Notes: generated by a model not told the origin, from the letters alone. Positions 41,089 through 54,532 are shown, numbered from the stretch's first letter. The stretch is 64,000 nucleotides of DNA from Nitrospirales bacterium (GCA_965203295.1 CBDBCZ010000016.1:864001-928000), one strand, 5' to 3'. A program made the numbers and translations.

Positions 41089-41516
41089 TAGGCTTGGGCG
41101 GATTATGCCGGCATAGTTTTGGGAATAATAGGCACGAAGAAGCATTGAGAATAATGTGGGAATAATAGGGCAGTTTTCGGGAATACTGCGAACCTTGAAC
41201 GGAAATATTCGGAGTAGATCTCGCCCACCACAAACTCTGCATGCGTTTATGGCGTCTAGCAGTGGTTCTGAAGGGAGAATGGCTGGTCTACAGCATGCAA
41301 ATTAATTTTATTCCAACATGCTGTGCTTCAATAGTGATAAATAGCGTCACAAGCCAGTCAGCGACCGAAGAAAGCGTTACATACGCAATTTTGGCGGGAT
41401 TTTAGTGGGAATAATGCGAGAATAATAGGCAGTCACTCGGGAATAATAGGGCAGTTTTGTGAGAATAGGGGAATAGAATTATAGGTAACTTTTTGAGCAT
41501 AATCCGCCCAACCCTA
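41089..41516. mobile_element. hAT-like MITE
   Basis: TIR TAGGCTTGGGCGGATTATGC / GCATAATCCGCCCAACCCTA; 8-bp TSD TCCACGAG/TCCACAAG. Confidence 0.8.
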
Positions 41517-42449
41517 TCCACAAGTGATCTTGTGTAAGTTTAGCAGTTTCAAAGTAGAATATGTGTGGTAAAACTGCTATCTTAATATTACTGTAGCTTT
41601 ATGAAATATTTTTGCAAACTCACTGAGAATCCACTGTATTCAACCCAATTTTCTGTAGCACAGCTCCATACTTGCAAGCCAAGGTTTTTGAGGGGGCGTC
41701 CCCACCCATCCTCTCAAAAGATTGTTGAGCTACAGAACGTTTTGTAGGCCAGGTATCGTATAGCTCTGCACACCTTCTGTATTCTTCTTAATGGAATGTT
41801 ATCAGCTATACGTGACATGGGCATTTTATTGACGTACATGTGAGGTACAAGGACTTTAGGGAGAGACACCATAAGCTCACCACCACGCTACTCAAACAGG
41901 GATATAAATATGATCAATAATATGCTTAGCCTTGAAGAAATTTAATAGTAAATATAAGAACATTATGGATAAGTTTGGAGTAACATTGAGACACCACATT
42001 AAAGAAGGTATACCATTACCCTTGAATACCATCCATGGGCTTAACAGTATGGTTACTATTAGATAGTATGCTCTATTTAGAATTTTGGCAGATGTAGTAC
42101 TTATGAGGCTTCAAGTACAATATAGCAGGAGGTACAAGGACTTTAGGGAGAGACACCATAAGCTTAGCAGGAACTAAGGGCTAGCTGTTTGAACTCTGGG
42201 TAGAAGAAAAGGGTGAAGAAATAACTACATGTACCAGAGGGTATTGAAGATGTTTTTAGAATAGGCTGTATTTCTTAGCTGATATGACAGGTCATAGGGG
42301 CACCAGTTGGATGGGGAGAGTTGGCATGCCATAAAAGATCTTTAACCCATCACCCCTGGTTCTCGAGGTCAGGCAACTGGTGCTGTTTTCAATTTTTCTA
42401 TTACTTTCTAGGCTACTTTTTCATAGTGAGTTATTTTATATTTGCACTT

Positions 42450-42622
42450 GAATAACCTTTTACCCTTTTGAGCCTTTAACCCCTTTTAACCCTTTTTAAC
42501 CTTTTACCTTTTAACCCTTTCAAACCTTTTGTTTAACTTTTTCAAACCCCTTTTAACCTTTTAAACCCTTTTTAACCTTTTAACCTTTTAACACTTTGCC
42601 CTTTTTAATTACTTTACTTTTC
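42450..42622. repeat. Low-complexity (AACCTTTT)n-like degenerate repeat
   Basis: Read directly. Confidence 0.7.
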
Positions 42623-45261
42623 CATGTTTGTTGTATATATACTGCATGCTACTTAACGAGTGCATTGAATTTGGATAGAAATGGCCCTTCTAGTTTTCAT
42701 GTGATCGCTTCCAACCACCTCTGAGTAGTACTCCATATGTAGGGAAAAAAATGGTGTCTCCATTGAATGTGTACAAAATGATATGTTCATAACTCTGCTG
42801 TAGGTGTAGTCTAGGGCTAATGTGAACCCTACCAGTCATTCTCGAGCATTGTCGTCACTAAACAGACTGTTAGGGTTGCTACAGAACCAAACCTAAAGTC
42901 GCTAAAATGGCTGAATCGTCCGTCTATCTTCTGATTCTTCTTCAGCCAGGCTAGCACAACAATGGCTGAAGCAATCACAATGATTCAAGCATGAACAAGC
43001 TGGATATTCTCTGTGGTATTGCACATGTAGACTGCTGGACCTAGAGGGCACACTTACAATGTATTGATCACCACTCCTTATTGTTTGCTGTAGCCACCTG
43101 GCTGTCTAGTCTATGTTTACAACTATCACCTGGTATTTCTCTCTTGGAGTCACCACATTCTAGAACTTACTATTGACACCTGCACACTACATGTATAAAT
43201 GACTGCATTGCACAGAATGATCAGTTCTTGTGCTCTGAGATTCTGAGTTGAATAGAGCAGTTACACACACGTACATGTAGCATAGCGCTTTCAAAAAAAT
43301 TGATCTGGTTTAGCAGTGATTCACGAGTGCTCTTGAGTGGACGCTTGCCCGTTTCACTCCATTTAATGACTCGGATTGTGCATATGCAGATTGCATGTGG
43401 CTGATTACATTTGGCTGGCACAAGTCCAAGTGGCTTCTGGCCAGTGGTGCTGTCGAAGAATAACGTGTAGCCATACTCTCACCGGTGTCATTAGGAAAAA
43501 ACTCACCCAGTCACCCGTCTGTAAGCACCCTGTATCCGTTCCAAGAGGAATACTACTGGAGGGGGCACACAGCTACACCAGACATAGCGGCATCAAACCC
43601 ACCATGCCCTTTCACACACCGCCCCTCCAAAATATAAAACACCCCAAAATATGTTACAGAAAAGAACTTTACAAAAACCTGATGGTCTCCATAAACGTAT
43701 TACTCTGTGATTTGAAGCTGCTGTGTAACGCTGTAATGCGTAGGTAGCCTGTGAAGGTATTTGCTCCACTCCCCCCACGAGTAGCAGTAAGCGGGTGGTG
43801 ACAGCCACTGGTAGGAGACTCGACTCATTTCTTATCTGGTCTTTTTAGATTAAACAGTTTGTAGCTTGTTCCGAGCCTCGTACCCAGGCCTTCCCCTCAC
43901 TTGCGGAAATAGACGGGGGAGAGTAGAGCGGGGAGAGGCCGGGTCGATTTTATCATGTGCGCAACCGCAGGGTAGACGTCCTTTCCATCGAGATGAATAC
44001 AGAAGGTATGCGCAGAGTTGATATCTGACCTAAAGAACATTCCTAGCTCTCTCTGCAACCTTCAAGGGGACGGGTGGGGATGCCTCCTCAGAAACTTTTG
44101 GCTTGCAAGTATTAAGGTGTGCTACAAAAAGATTGGGCTTGAATGCAGTGGATTGTCAGTGATCAAGCTTGTACATTTTACTGTGAAAGTGCTAAACAAG
44201 ATCACTAAAAGGGAAGCTGTTATTGCTCCTCTCTGCCTGAGACTTTGCATGACATAATCAGACAATATCATCATCATCGTCATCATCAATTCTGTCCGTC
44301 TCTGAGTCCGTCCGTCTGTCTGTGTGTAACGGATGTGACGTCACACGCGCGATTGCGCGAGAATACGCGAGAAGACTGTGATGTCATCATGGGAGTACTT
44401 AGAACTTTGACCACTGCATGTGTTGGGACGCTCTGACAGTCGACGGTATTATCATGATGGCCTCAAACGAGCACTTTAAGCGCACTCTATCACGCAAAGG
44501 TTAGTGGCTGTATAGTCCTGTATGTGTAAACCAGGCACAGCTGTAACTGCTACGCTAGATGTGCATTAAATGGAGTCAATGCCACATGTACATGTAGGCT
44601 GTGGCTATTGCAGATCTAGGCTTTCGGTCTTAGCTTTCCTGTTTTGATGTTTGTAGTTTCTCCTTCTGCAGTTGTTTGCAGCTTCTCCTTTGAGTTACTG
44701 TCTCCACATGGCTCAGGCAAGAATCTCAGCTACACTATAGTCTACTATGCTACCAGTAGGCATACAAAGTGCTTTGGCTACTAAAAGAACGTGGTGTGCA
44801 CACATGCTATGCACGTTCTCCCCACTATCACAGTCGCAAAGTTGAGGCCTGAATGTGGAGCTACCTCAACGTTGCTCAGTCGGCAGCACTACTAACTGCC
44901 ATTGGCACTGAGATCCAAATGTTTCAAACAAATCACCTAGAGAAGACACTTTTTATTTCTATCTGTATAGAGCGAGCGAGCTCAACAAACACAACTACTT
45001 GTAGCTATCATCCCACTACAGTTCACGTGATCCAGTGTTCTAGCTAAAGAGTGGAAGAGTGGTGCTCCACCGCTCTTAAGTAGACCATTATCTTTTGATG
45101 TGGTTGAAAGAATGTAATTAACACCGCAGCTGTGCTTTGATCTCTAGGATAGCATCGCTCTTTGCTACTGCTTCTGGCTAGAACACTGCGTGATCACTTC
45201 TGACCTCCCAGAGGCCTGGGTATGAGGCTGGGTTGGTGACCACGTGTTCCCTGTGGGATGG

Positions 45262-45394
45262 TATTCATGTACCCTAATTGCAAATAATTTTGCACTAGTA
45301 GTGTTGTGAGGAAGTGCTGCTATGTAAGGTGGCACCATGTCAGTCACTTGGAGTACGTTTCCCCAAGCTTTTGCTGTTTATGTAGAATTTTTGG
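45262..45394 (+). pseudogene. Sm-site cassette copy 7 (subfamily C, decayed)
   Basis: AAACCCAC box deleted, TATA mutated to TATGTAA, Sm site 45386-45394 retained, hairpin missing. Confidence 0.5.
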
Positions 45395-45846
45395 TCTCTT
45401 TGTACATTCATACATGTATTTTGTTACTTTTATTCTATGTGTCTACTGTCTAGCTTATATTATTGGGTTGGTTGCCCGAAGTGTTTTAGACGACAGAGAT
45501 TTTAGGCCGACATTGACATGTTTATGGCTGTCATAATTAAATCTCTTCCTGAGATTATGCTTGGTAGGTTGTCAGGTTTGATATCGGCCGTACAAGTGGC
45601 TCAGCTAATGGTATAATTATATAGCAGCTAGAGAAAGAGCCAGCCTGTTCAGAAACACAGAGAAAAGCTACCGGGCTTTCCCCCGTCTTATGATGTTTTA
45701 GAGGGGAGAGCCTGGGGACGAGGCGATACACATCATGCAGTAGTGCAAACCTGAAGTAGTTTCATTGAAGGGCTCCTGGGGTCAAGATAGGGTTCAACCA
45801 TGAGGTCAAGAAATGTGATTAGGAATTTAGGGTCCCTGTTTGATGG

Positions 45847-46000
45847 TATTCATGTGTCTTAATTATTCTGGACAAGGAAACCCACAAGTGTTTTGAGCAA
45901 GTGCTGCTATATAAACTGGCCTGGGACCTACCATATGTGTGCACCCTACAACTCTGCTACTCCATTATGTAATAATTTTTGGAGGGCTTCTAATGGAGCC
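45847..46000 (+). ncRNA. Sm-site small-RNA cassette copy 8 (subfamily B, unique core)
   Basis: TATATAA 45908, core ~45928-45970, Sm site 45974-45982, stem-loop GGCTTC-taat-GGAGCC. Confidence 0.65.
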
Positions 46001-48408
46001 TATTACAAGTAGACTTGCACAGGGTTGGCCCTAGTCTCGCGAGCCAGCTGGTTTTTACCAGCCGCAGCACGCGAACGGCTGGTACTAAGATTGATTTACG
46101 TTTTCCGCGTCTGTTTGTTTGTGCGTCCGCACTTATCACGTGCGCAAAATATTACGTCATACGTTACTATGCAACTGCAGTGTATAGCAGCTTTTGGAGG
46201 TTTGCGGGCCAAGCTACAGCAAATGAAGGTAGTTTTGTGTTGCCTAGATGGCGAAAATATGGTAGGTAGCCGTAAAGATCCTGTTTTGGTGGCGTATAGC
46301 TACTAACTGGAGGCGCATGACGAAACTGCTGAGTCAGCACTTTCGCTGTACCGCTCTAGGAATATAGTATCTCTGGCTCTACAGCTGTAGTTTAATAGCT
46401 TGGTCTAAGCTGAGTTGTGTGTATTGTACGGGAAAGGCGTCCGGCTGGTTTTTTAGACATGAAATGTCAGACTTGTTCTTTTTTTGGGGGGACGGGGAAA
46501 AACCGTCTGGTGACGACTGCCAACTAACCGTTGCGCACTAGAATGTAAGTCACGAGATGGCTATGCAATTATTGACCGCAAGCAATTTTTCACGCTTCTC
46601 TGAGTAATCTCGATGGAAGGCAATGGCGGTTTGCGTGGCTTGTTAGTTCTGTTGCAAGCGCGAACTAGCGGCAAAAACTCTACAGTGTCTCTACGCAGCA
46701 CGTAATCGCTCTGTTGTGTGACTCGTCACGAAGCTACATTCAGAAGCTGAGAGCGAAGCAGTTTTTTTCTCAGGACTCGGTTTGTATGCCGGGGATGTTT
46801 CAGAAAGCTGGAAAACTTGTGGAGCTCAGGAGTGAGGTGGTAATCTGAAAAGTGAGCTAGAGACGAACCTCAAAGTAGCAACTTCCCTCTGCCTGTTCGA
46901 AAACTCACAAAAACATCTCGTCCGCTTAGGAAGCTTTTTACTGCTAGCTCTTGCTTGGGACGCAACCCTCGATATCCTAGCTGCTTTGCAGCTGTGGCAA
47001 TCGCACACTCTAGGTCTCTCACAATAGCTGCTCGCCATTACTAGACTATAAGTTTTCTCTAGCTCTCCACGTTTGCTAATGATGCAATTACGTGAAGTCA
47101 TGTGACTACTGCAATTTCATTGGCTCTGCCCGCATTCCGGCAAACCGAAGGCACCAGATCCACCTTTGGCTGTGCACAAGACTAGTGCTGGGTGTGTTCA
47201 CTGCTCTAACTCTTAGTGTACCACATTACACATGCACAGTATATATGTACCATTCAGTGGAGGTTGTACACGATAGTGTAATAGCCTACTAGCCTACGTG
47301 ATCATGGAGCTGTAAGGAAGCTCAATAAAGCTGCCTGTACAGAAATAGTTTGGTTCAGTTTTGACCAAGCTCTGTTGTCAATACACAAGAAATTCTAGCA
47401 ATCACTTTCTGGACATCTACACGACCAAGACTGTTGTAGCTCATCACCTCAAGCTCTACAGTAGCAGACAGTAATTCAGTGACGGATGGATAATTTTATG
47501 CTGTAGTATCCACTAGTTTCCAAACTTCCAGTAATCTTGGAGGAACTATATTTTTACCAGCCGGAGTGCACGCAGCGCGTGAACGGCTGGTCCTAAGATT
47601 GCTTTACGTTTTTCGCGTCTGTTTGTTTGTCTGTTTGTGCATTCGCACTTATCACGTGCGCAATATATTACATCATACATTACTAAGCAAGTATGCTACA
47701 GTCTATGCTACAGTGTATGCAGGCCAAGCTAAAGCTACAGCCAATGAAGGTAGTTGTGTTTGCCTAGATGGCGAAAACTTGGTAGGTAGCCATAAAGATC
47801 CTGTTTTCGTGGCGTATAGCTACTAACCGGAGGCGCACTATGAAACTGCCGAGCCAGCGCTTTTGCTGTACTGCGTTATACAGCCTGGCCTAAGCTGACG
47901 TGTGTGTATTGAGTGTACGAGAAAGGTGCCCGGCTGGTTTTTTAGACATGAAATGTCAGCTGTTAGTGGCGTCAAGGTGGTTGACAGTTGTGTGTGGATG
48001 AGCAGATACAGTTCTAGTGCTTGGACGTCAAGGGAAGGTCGTGAATCTACCCTTCTGGTAGCTAATCTCTGAATCCATTAGTGCTACATACTTTAGGATT
48101 GGAATAAATGCCTGGGGACGAGGCGGTGTACATCATGCAGTAGTGTAAACCTGGAGTAGTTTCATTGAAGAACTCGTATGCTCCAGCCCTGGGGTCATTA
48201 TATTTGATGCCATACATGGTGTCTGTTTGGCGTGTGGGCAAGCAGAGGTCTGGGCACGAGACTGGAGATCTTTGTATCTGCATATAAGTGTTATTTTATA
48301 ACTGTTCCTTACAAATGGTAACTGAACAGATTGTGTAATTGTTTGCTCAAATAAGCTAGAACATGGTCTCATACCCAGCCATCCATGCCCCAGACTCCAC
48401 ATTATTGG

Positions 48409-48553
48409 TATTCATGTTTCCTATTTGCACTCAGTCTGTATGACCACAAGGGTTAGAGCAAGTGGTAGTAAATAAGGTGAGGTAGTGAACACAATAACAG
48501 GCTTTAACAACTCTTTTGTGATTTTTCAGTGGGCTTCGAATTATTCAGGAGCT
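48409..48553 (+). ncRNA. Divergent cassette copy 9
   Basis: TATTCATGT, ACCACAAGGG..GAGCAAGTGGTAG-TAAATAA, ATTTTTCAG, GGCTTC..GGAGCT; all elements present but divergent. Confidence 0.4.
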
Positions 48554-48672
48554 GATACCTGAAGAGGTAGAGGACCACTGCAGAGTGGGAAATGTATATA
48601 TACTTCTAAGGAAGCCATTGCAAAATAGTAGTGTCAAACTTCAGTATAACACACTTTCCATATCAGTGGTTC

Positions 48673-48801
48673 AAAGGGGTATGCATACTGAATTGATCTT
48701 AATTAGTCCATAATGGTACGTCTCACTCCTAATTTGCTTCATTGACTAAGGGACTTATCATTATGGACTAATTAAGACCAATTCAGTATGCATACCCCTT
48801 T
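48673..48801. mobile_element. Small hairpin MITE (~43-bp arms)
   Basis: AAAGGGGTATGCATACTGAATTGATCTTAATTAGTCCATAATG mirrored at ~48759-48801. Confidence 0.75.
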
Positions 48802-48977
48802 CCAGCTTCAAGATCAGACTATCCGGCTATAGGTTTTGTAGGTAGATGCGAGCGGCATGAACAGCTGCTTCAGCACCCAGGGGGGTGCCATACCCAAGCT
48901 GGCGAGGTGCAAGTAGGGCTCCCATGGTTGCTAGCTTGTTCCATTGCTAGTGGCTGGCGTTTAACAGGGTGTGATGA

Positions 48978-49139
48978 TAATCATGTTCATAATCATAATT
49001 GGATGGACAAAGAAACCCACAAGTGGTTTGAGCAAGTGCTGCTATATAAGCCAGGACAGGCACACTGCCATTACACACATGGAATGGTAGTACTGGTGAA
49101 TACTGAATAGTAAAATTTTTGGAGGCTTCTCAAAAAGCC
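48978..49139 (+). ncRNA. Sm-site small-RNA cassette copy 10 (subfamily A)
   Basis: TATATAA 49043, Sm site 49114-49122, stem-loop GGCTT-ctcaaa-AAGCC. Confidence 0.6.
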
Positions 49140-49594
49140 ATTGCAAAAATACAGTGGAGTACAGTACCGTCAGTCAAGGTTGACCTTTACTAATCAGGTC
49201 TCATTAAAGTTAGTGTAGCTCAGTACTGTAGATTACGTATTGCACATTTAGTACAGATTTCTCCATTGTTCGTTTTGGACTTTTTCACTATAGCTCCCCG
49301 GCTCTATCACCTTAAAAATTGACTCATAAGGCGGCGTAGGAGTCTTTTGTTGTGTTTTAAAGCCCGAGCCCTTGAAGCGCCCGGCTGCAACTGCTGCAAC
49401 ATGGCAGAGCAGCGTGGCACTTAGTTGGTTCATTGCTGCTAAATTGATCTCATGAAAAAAGATATCGGGCTCTCCCCCGTCTTATGATGTTTTAGAGAGG
49501 AGACGATGCACATCATGCAGTAGTGCAAACCAGGAGTAGTTTCAGTGAAGGGCTCCTTCAAACTTGGGGTCAAGATATGTTCCCTTTTTGATTG

Positions 49595-50311
49595 TATTCA
49601 TGTGTCTTAATTATTCTGGAAAGGAAACCCACAAGTGTTTTGAGCAAGTGCTGCTATATAAACTTGCCTGGGACCTGCCCTAACAGCCACCTAGTCTCAT
49701 GCCCAGACGTGGCTCCTCGGTGACGCAAGTCCAAAAGGTCGTTTCAATGGCGGAGATATGGGCGAAGTAATGAGTGGTTTAATTGCAATTAGTGAAATAG
49801 TTCAGGCTTCAAAGCTGTATAAAAGCTTACTACGAACCTCTACAAGGACCGTTCTTGTATACTTGCACACAAATCTGAACTGAAAAGCAGGTACAACACT
49901 ATACAAAACGGAAAAATGAGCAAGGTACGGCAACTTAGCTTTCAGAGCTGATAACGAGAGTTGATCTTCTCATAAGCCCTCCTTTCGCCAAGATTATCTC
50001 ATTTTTGAAACTGCATAAAGAACTGTCTCAATTGCTACCTGATTTGAAAGGCTGCCTAAACCTACCCTAAAACTCAAACATCGCCATTTTCTCGGACCAT
50101 AATAGCATTCTTTTACGTAGTAATTGCAAATACTGCAATCTCATTGGATCCGCCTGGATTCAGAGCGAGTGAAACGACCTTTATGACTTGGGTCGCCAGT
50201 CCGTCTCAGCGAGGGCCTAGGGGAGGAGCAACGGTCTGGGCACGAGACTAACAGCCTCTGCAGCTTCATTGCTTCATTGAAGATAATTTTTGGAGGGCTT
50301 CTAATAGAGCC
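49595..50311 (+). pseudogene. Cassette copy 11 (subfamily B) split by a MITE in its variable core
   Basis: TATATAA 49655; after the insertion, Sm site 50285-50293 and hairpin to 50311; core related to copy 16. Confidence 0.6.
49692..50250. mobile_element. AcademH-like MITE
   Basis: TIR TAGTCTCATGCCCAGAC / GTCTGGGCACGAGACTA; degenerate 9-bp TSD ACAGCCACC/ACAGCCTCT. Confidence 0.85.
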
Positions 50312-50795
50312 TATTACAAGTACTGGGTTAGTCCTTGTGATGGAACACTATAGAAAGTGGGTCTGTAATATGATGTAATGGGGGCCTCAACTCGAATATA
50401 CAAGGCACCAGACCCACCTTTGGCTGTGCACAAGACTAGTGCTGGATGTGTTCACTGATCTAACTTTTAGTGTACCACATTACACATGCACAGTATATAT
50501 GTATCATTCAGTGGAGGTTGTACATGTACACGATAGTGTGACAGCCTACGTGATCATGGAGTTGTATGGATGCTGTATAAAGCTGCCTGTATAGAAATAG
50601 TTTGGTCCAGTTTTGACCAAGCTCTGTCATTAATACACAAGAAATACTAGCAATCACTTTCTAGACATCTACACGGCCTAGATTGTTGCAGCTCGTCACC
50701 TTCTCAAACTCTACTTGTGTAACGGACAGTAATTCAGTGATGGATGGGTACGACGCTGTAGTATCCTATAGTGTCCAAATTCCCACTTTGAACTA

Positions 50796-50926
50796 GGAAA
50801 CCCACAAGTGTTGTGAGCAAGTGTTGCTATATAGAGTGGCACCATGTCCGTCACTTGGAATACGTTTCCCCAAGCTTTTGCTGTTTATGTAGAATTTTTG
50901 GGAGGCTTCTACACATAATGGAGCCT
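50796..50926 (+). ncRNA. Sm-site small-RNA cassette copy 12 (subfamily C)
   Basis: TATATAG 50828, Sm site 50893-50901, stem-loop AGGCTTC-tacacataat-GGAGCCT. Confidence 0.55.
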
Positions 50927-51308
50927 ATTGAAGGTATGCCTATGCTTACTGTGCTCACAAACTTCCCTTTTTATTTCCTTGTACATGCATACATGGATTG
51001 TGTCACTTTTATTCTATGTGTCTAGCTATTTTTGGGTTGGTTGCCCGGAGTGTTTTAGACGACAAAGATTTAGGCCTCCATTGATATGTTTATGGTTGTC
51101 ATAATTAATTTTTTTCCAGATATGCCAACTTTTCTGGGAAAAGATACTGGGCTCTCCCCCGTCTCCCTCGTCTTATGATGTTTTAGAGGGGAGAGCCTGG
51201 GGACGAGGCGGTGCACATCATGCTGTATTGCAAACTGGTTTTGTTCGAAGGACTCACGTAATGCTTCAACCATGGGTCAATAAAGTTGATGTGGTCCCTG
51301 TTTGATGG

Positions 51309-51459
51309 TATTCATGTGTCTTAATTATTCTGGACAAGGAAACCCACAAGTGTTTTGAGCAAGTGCTGCTATATAAACTGGCCTGGGACTGTGCTCTCAC
51401 ACCTGATCATCTTTACATTCACATCCAATAATAATTTTTGGGGGGCTTCTAATGGAGCC
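51309..51459 (+). ncRNA. Sm-site small-RNA cassette copy 13 (subfamily B, unique core)
   Basis: TATATAA 51370, core ~51390-51429, Sm site 51433-51441, stem-loop 51444-51459. Confidence 0.65.
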
Positions 51460-52255
51460 TATTACATGTGACCTGTGCTGGGTTAGCCCTTGTGTGTGTG
51501 TGTGTGTGGGGAGCACACTCCCCACACACCTTAGAAAGGTGGGTCTGGCCCTGAATATTCAAAGTTGAGCAGCGTTAGCCTCGTTCCCAGGCCCGCACGA
51601 AAGATGTCACAGGGCCTGGGATTGTGTGCGAGGCCAAGAGTAAAAAAGTAGTAGAAAGGTAATTATATGCGTAAGTGAGTACACGTGCAATTCTCAGACA
51701 ATGAGTGAAGGGAAGCGAACCTACACTTCTTGCAGCTTTTTGTAGCTTTTTTTATAGCCTGTTTGTGCTGCTGAAAGGAAGTCTCCGGTAAAATGTAGAG
51801 AAACGCAGCCGTCTTTTGAAGTGGATTATGCTGTAAGTTGATCATGTGACTTTAGTTACCAGGCCCTGTGGGTTTTCATCCGAACCGAAAAAGTTCGTAA
51901 TCTTGGGGAACTGTATTTTCTGCTGATAGTGACTTCAAGGTGGTAGATAATTGTGTGTGGATGGGCAGATACAGTTCACACTTCGTTCGTTTGCGCAGGG
52001 AAGGCCTGGGAACAAGGCTACAAGAGTCCATAATACAAATGAAAGGAGTGCTACACCTCAGTATAGCAATGTGGAAACACTGTTTGCATTTCTAATGATG
52101 TCATGGGGCAGGACATATTGAAGCCTCATATTCCCTTTCTGAGCAACAGTCTCAACCACAATTAGCTGTGTGTATGTACTCAGTGATAACCGCTGGTAGA
52201 AGATTCATCAGGGCACTAAACCTCTTAGTGGTTGGGCTCTCACAGGGTATAATGA

Positions 52256-52396
52256 TATTCATTTTCCATACTTGCATGGACAAAGAAACCCACAAGTGGT
52301 TTGAGCAAGTGCTCCTATATAAGCTGGGACAGGCACACCACTACTCAGAAGTGAGTTGTTTGATAGTAAAAATTTTTGGAGGCTTCTCAAGAAGCC
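52256..52396 (+). ncRNA. Sm-site small-RNA cassette copy 14 (subfamily A, shorter core)
   Basis: TATATAA 52316, Sm site 52371-52379, stem-loop 52381-52396. Confidence 0.6.
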
Positions 52397-52443
52397 ATTG
52401 CAAAAAAAGCACTGCAGATACTATCATGGAGTGGGGTCAGAGG

Positions 52444-53179
52444 TAGTCTTGTGCCCAGACCACACCTCTCCTGCCAGGTAAGGTGGTCTGGTGGCTTTCA
52501 CCTCGATCCTCGTTCTTTATTACGAAGTCAGGACTGTGTACATTATACTATAGTATGGTGACTATAGTATGCAGTTGTCAGGACTGAATGGAATGCTGTC
52601 TGGTTTGCCGAAAGGAAGTACCACTGTTGTCTAGAAGAACCATTCACTCAACACTGTCGGGCAGCCATGGAATCCGAGAGTTCTTCGTTTGGTTTGTGAA
52701 ACCCGGGTTAGTGTTTTCAGGCCCGAGTGATGGGCAGACGCTCTTTGTTTGTAAGAAGCTATGCTTCTCAAAACTGGAGCAGGCGTAGCAGAGAGATTTC
52801 CTGCTGCCTGTTGGAAGCGATACAAAAACATCCTTCCCAAGCGCAAACACTTTCACCTCCTTTGTTTGGTCATCTGTGGCACTATCACAGCCCATCTTCT
52901 GGACGGCACTTAGGAGAGTAATGCCTAGCTCGCTATCTGAAATCGAAACACTGATCTGTGGCACTAGCAACACATCTTCTCGGATAGCCATTTCGCTTTG
53001 TGAATTGATTGCTTCACATTAACATGCATTGTAGCAGAAAATTGTATTTCCAATGATTTTATTGGTTCGTCTGAAATTCTTAACGAAAAGTAATTATCTG
53101 AGACCTTTGCTGAAGACCGAAAATCCTACTGAACATCCCCAGATGAACTTTTGGGGGGTGTGGTCTGGGAACGAGGCTA
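52444..53179 (-). mobile_element. Internally deleted AcademH-type transposon carrying a RecQ-like helicase N-terminal fragment
   Basis: TIR TAGTCTTGTGCCCAGACCACACC / GGTGTGGTCTGGGAACGAGGCTA; 9-bp TSD GGTCAGAGG; ORF 52644-52991(-) contains Q..V..F..GKDVFVSLPTGSRKSLCY (RecQ motif 0/I). Confidence 0.85.
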
Positions 53180-54532
53180 GGTCAGAGGAGGTTGGGCACG
53201 TGGGTTGAGTTATAATTTCACCTGCTGGAGAAATTATCACTCATCATGTTCACAAGTACATCTCTAACTCACGCTTGCACCGTTCAAATGCACTGTAGTG
53301 GTTTTTAAGCGGGCCAATCACAGGCAAGCTGTAGCCTTCTGTCTTTGTCAGAAGCTGTGGCTATGACCTAGCTAGCTAGCTACATGCGTACATGGTTAAA
53401 GAATTCGAAACTTACATGCTCGAATGTACTGTCTGCCTTCTAGCACTCACACAAGTGGGAGAAACCAAAGCTCAGCTCTGTTGCCTTCTGTCCTTGCCAG
53501 AGACTCTAGCTAGACACCCTTTCTGACAGAGCCTTCTCCAGCCGCTTGCCTCGGAGTGCAGCAGCCTCCCTCGGCCAATGCCCCATCCTGTCTGCAAAAT
53601 GAGCCATGAGCAGTGGCTTTGTCACTGACTTGGCCTGAACCTAGATTCAGAACAGGGGGTTGGAATGTAAGAGTTTTGTTCAGTAGCTGTCATGAAGTGT
53701 GAGCGAGGTGGCAGTGCTAGTAGCTGTGGTGAGAGAGCAATGGTGATAGAAGATGTGAAAACACACTTCATCTGAAGAACTACTCTTTATAAATACCAAT
53801 GATGTCATGGGGTGGGGCCTCTATAGCTAGCAGTGGTTCTGTTTCTAAGCCAACCATAAGTAGCAGTAAGTGGGCGGTGACAGCCACTTGTACAGTACTA
53901 CTGACATTGATGGGATCTAGTGGTGTAATAGGTGTGGAGCTTTGATTATGGAGAAGAATGAGTCGAGGGCTTTAGCTTTCTCCCGATCCATGCAGCTGCC
54001 AGAAATGCCATTTTTGAACACATTATATTGTCTCCTTCCCCAAGTTCTGGGGGCATAATGAACATGTATACTGCTAGTGTGGGGCTCGCTCAGGCTCTCC
54101 CCAATCAAACTCTCTTAGGGTCTAGGCAGAGGAGATTGGAAGCAATCACATGTACGTAAACATTGCCATTCCATTGAGCAGAGTTATATGGTATCTAGCC
54201 TAAAGAACATTTCATAGCTCCCTCTACAGCACTCAAGGGGACAGGTGGGGACACCCCTTGGCTTGCAAGTATTAAGGTGGGCTACAAAACGATTGGAAAT
54301 GGATTGTCAGTGATTGAGCTTGCAAATTTTCCTCTGTACATTAATTACATTGAAATAGTGAGCTGTAATACTGCTCACTATTTCACTGTAATTAATGTAA
54401 AACTGGAGACTTTTACATGACATCATCAGATGGTATAGCTATCATCCCACCACAGTTCACGTGATCACTTCTGACCTCCCAGAGGCCTGGGTATGAGGCT
54501 GGGTTGGTGACCACGTGTTCCCTGTGCTATGG

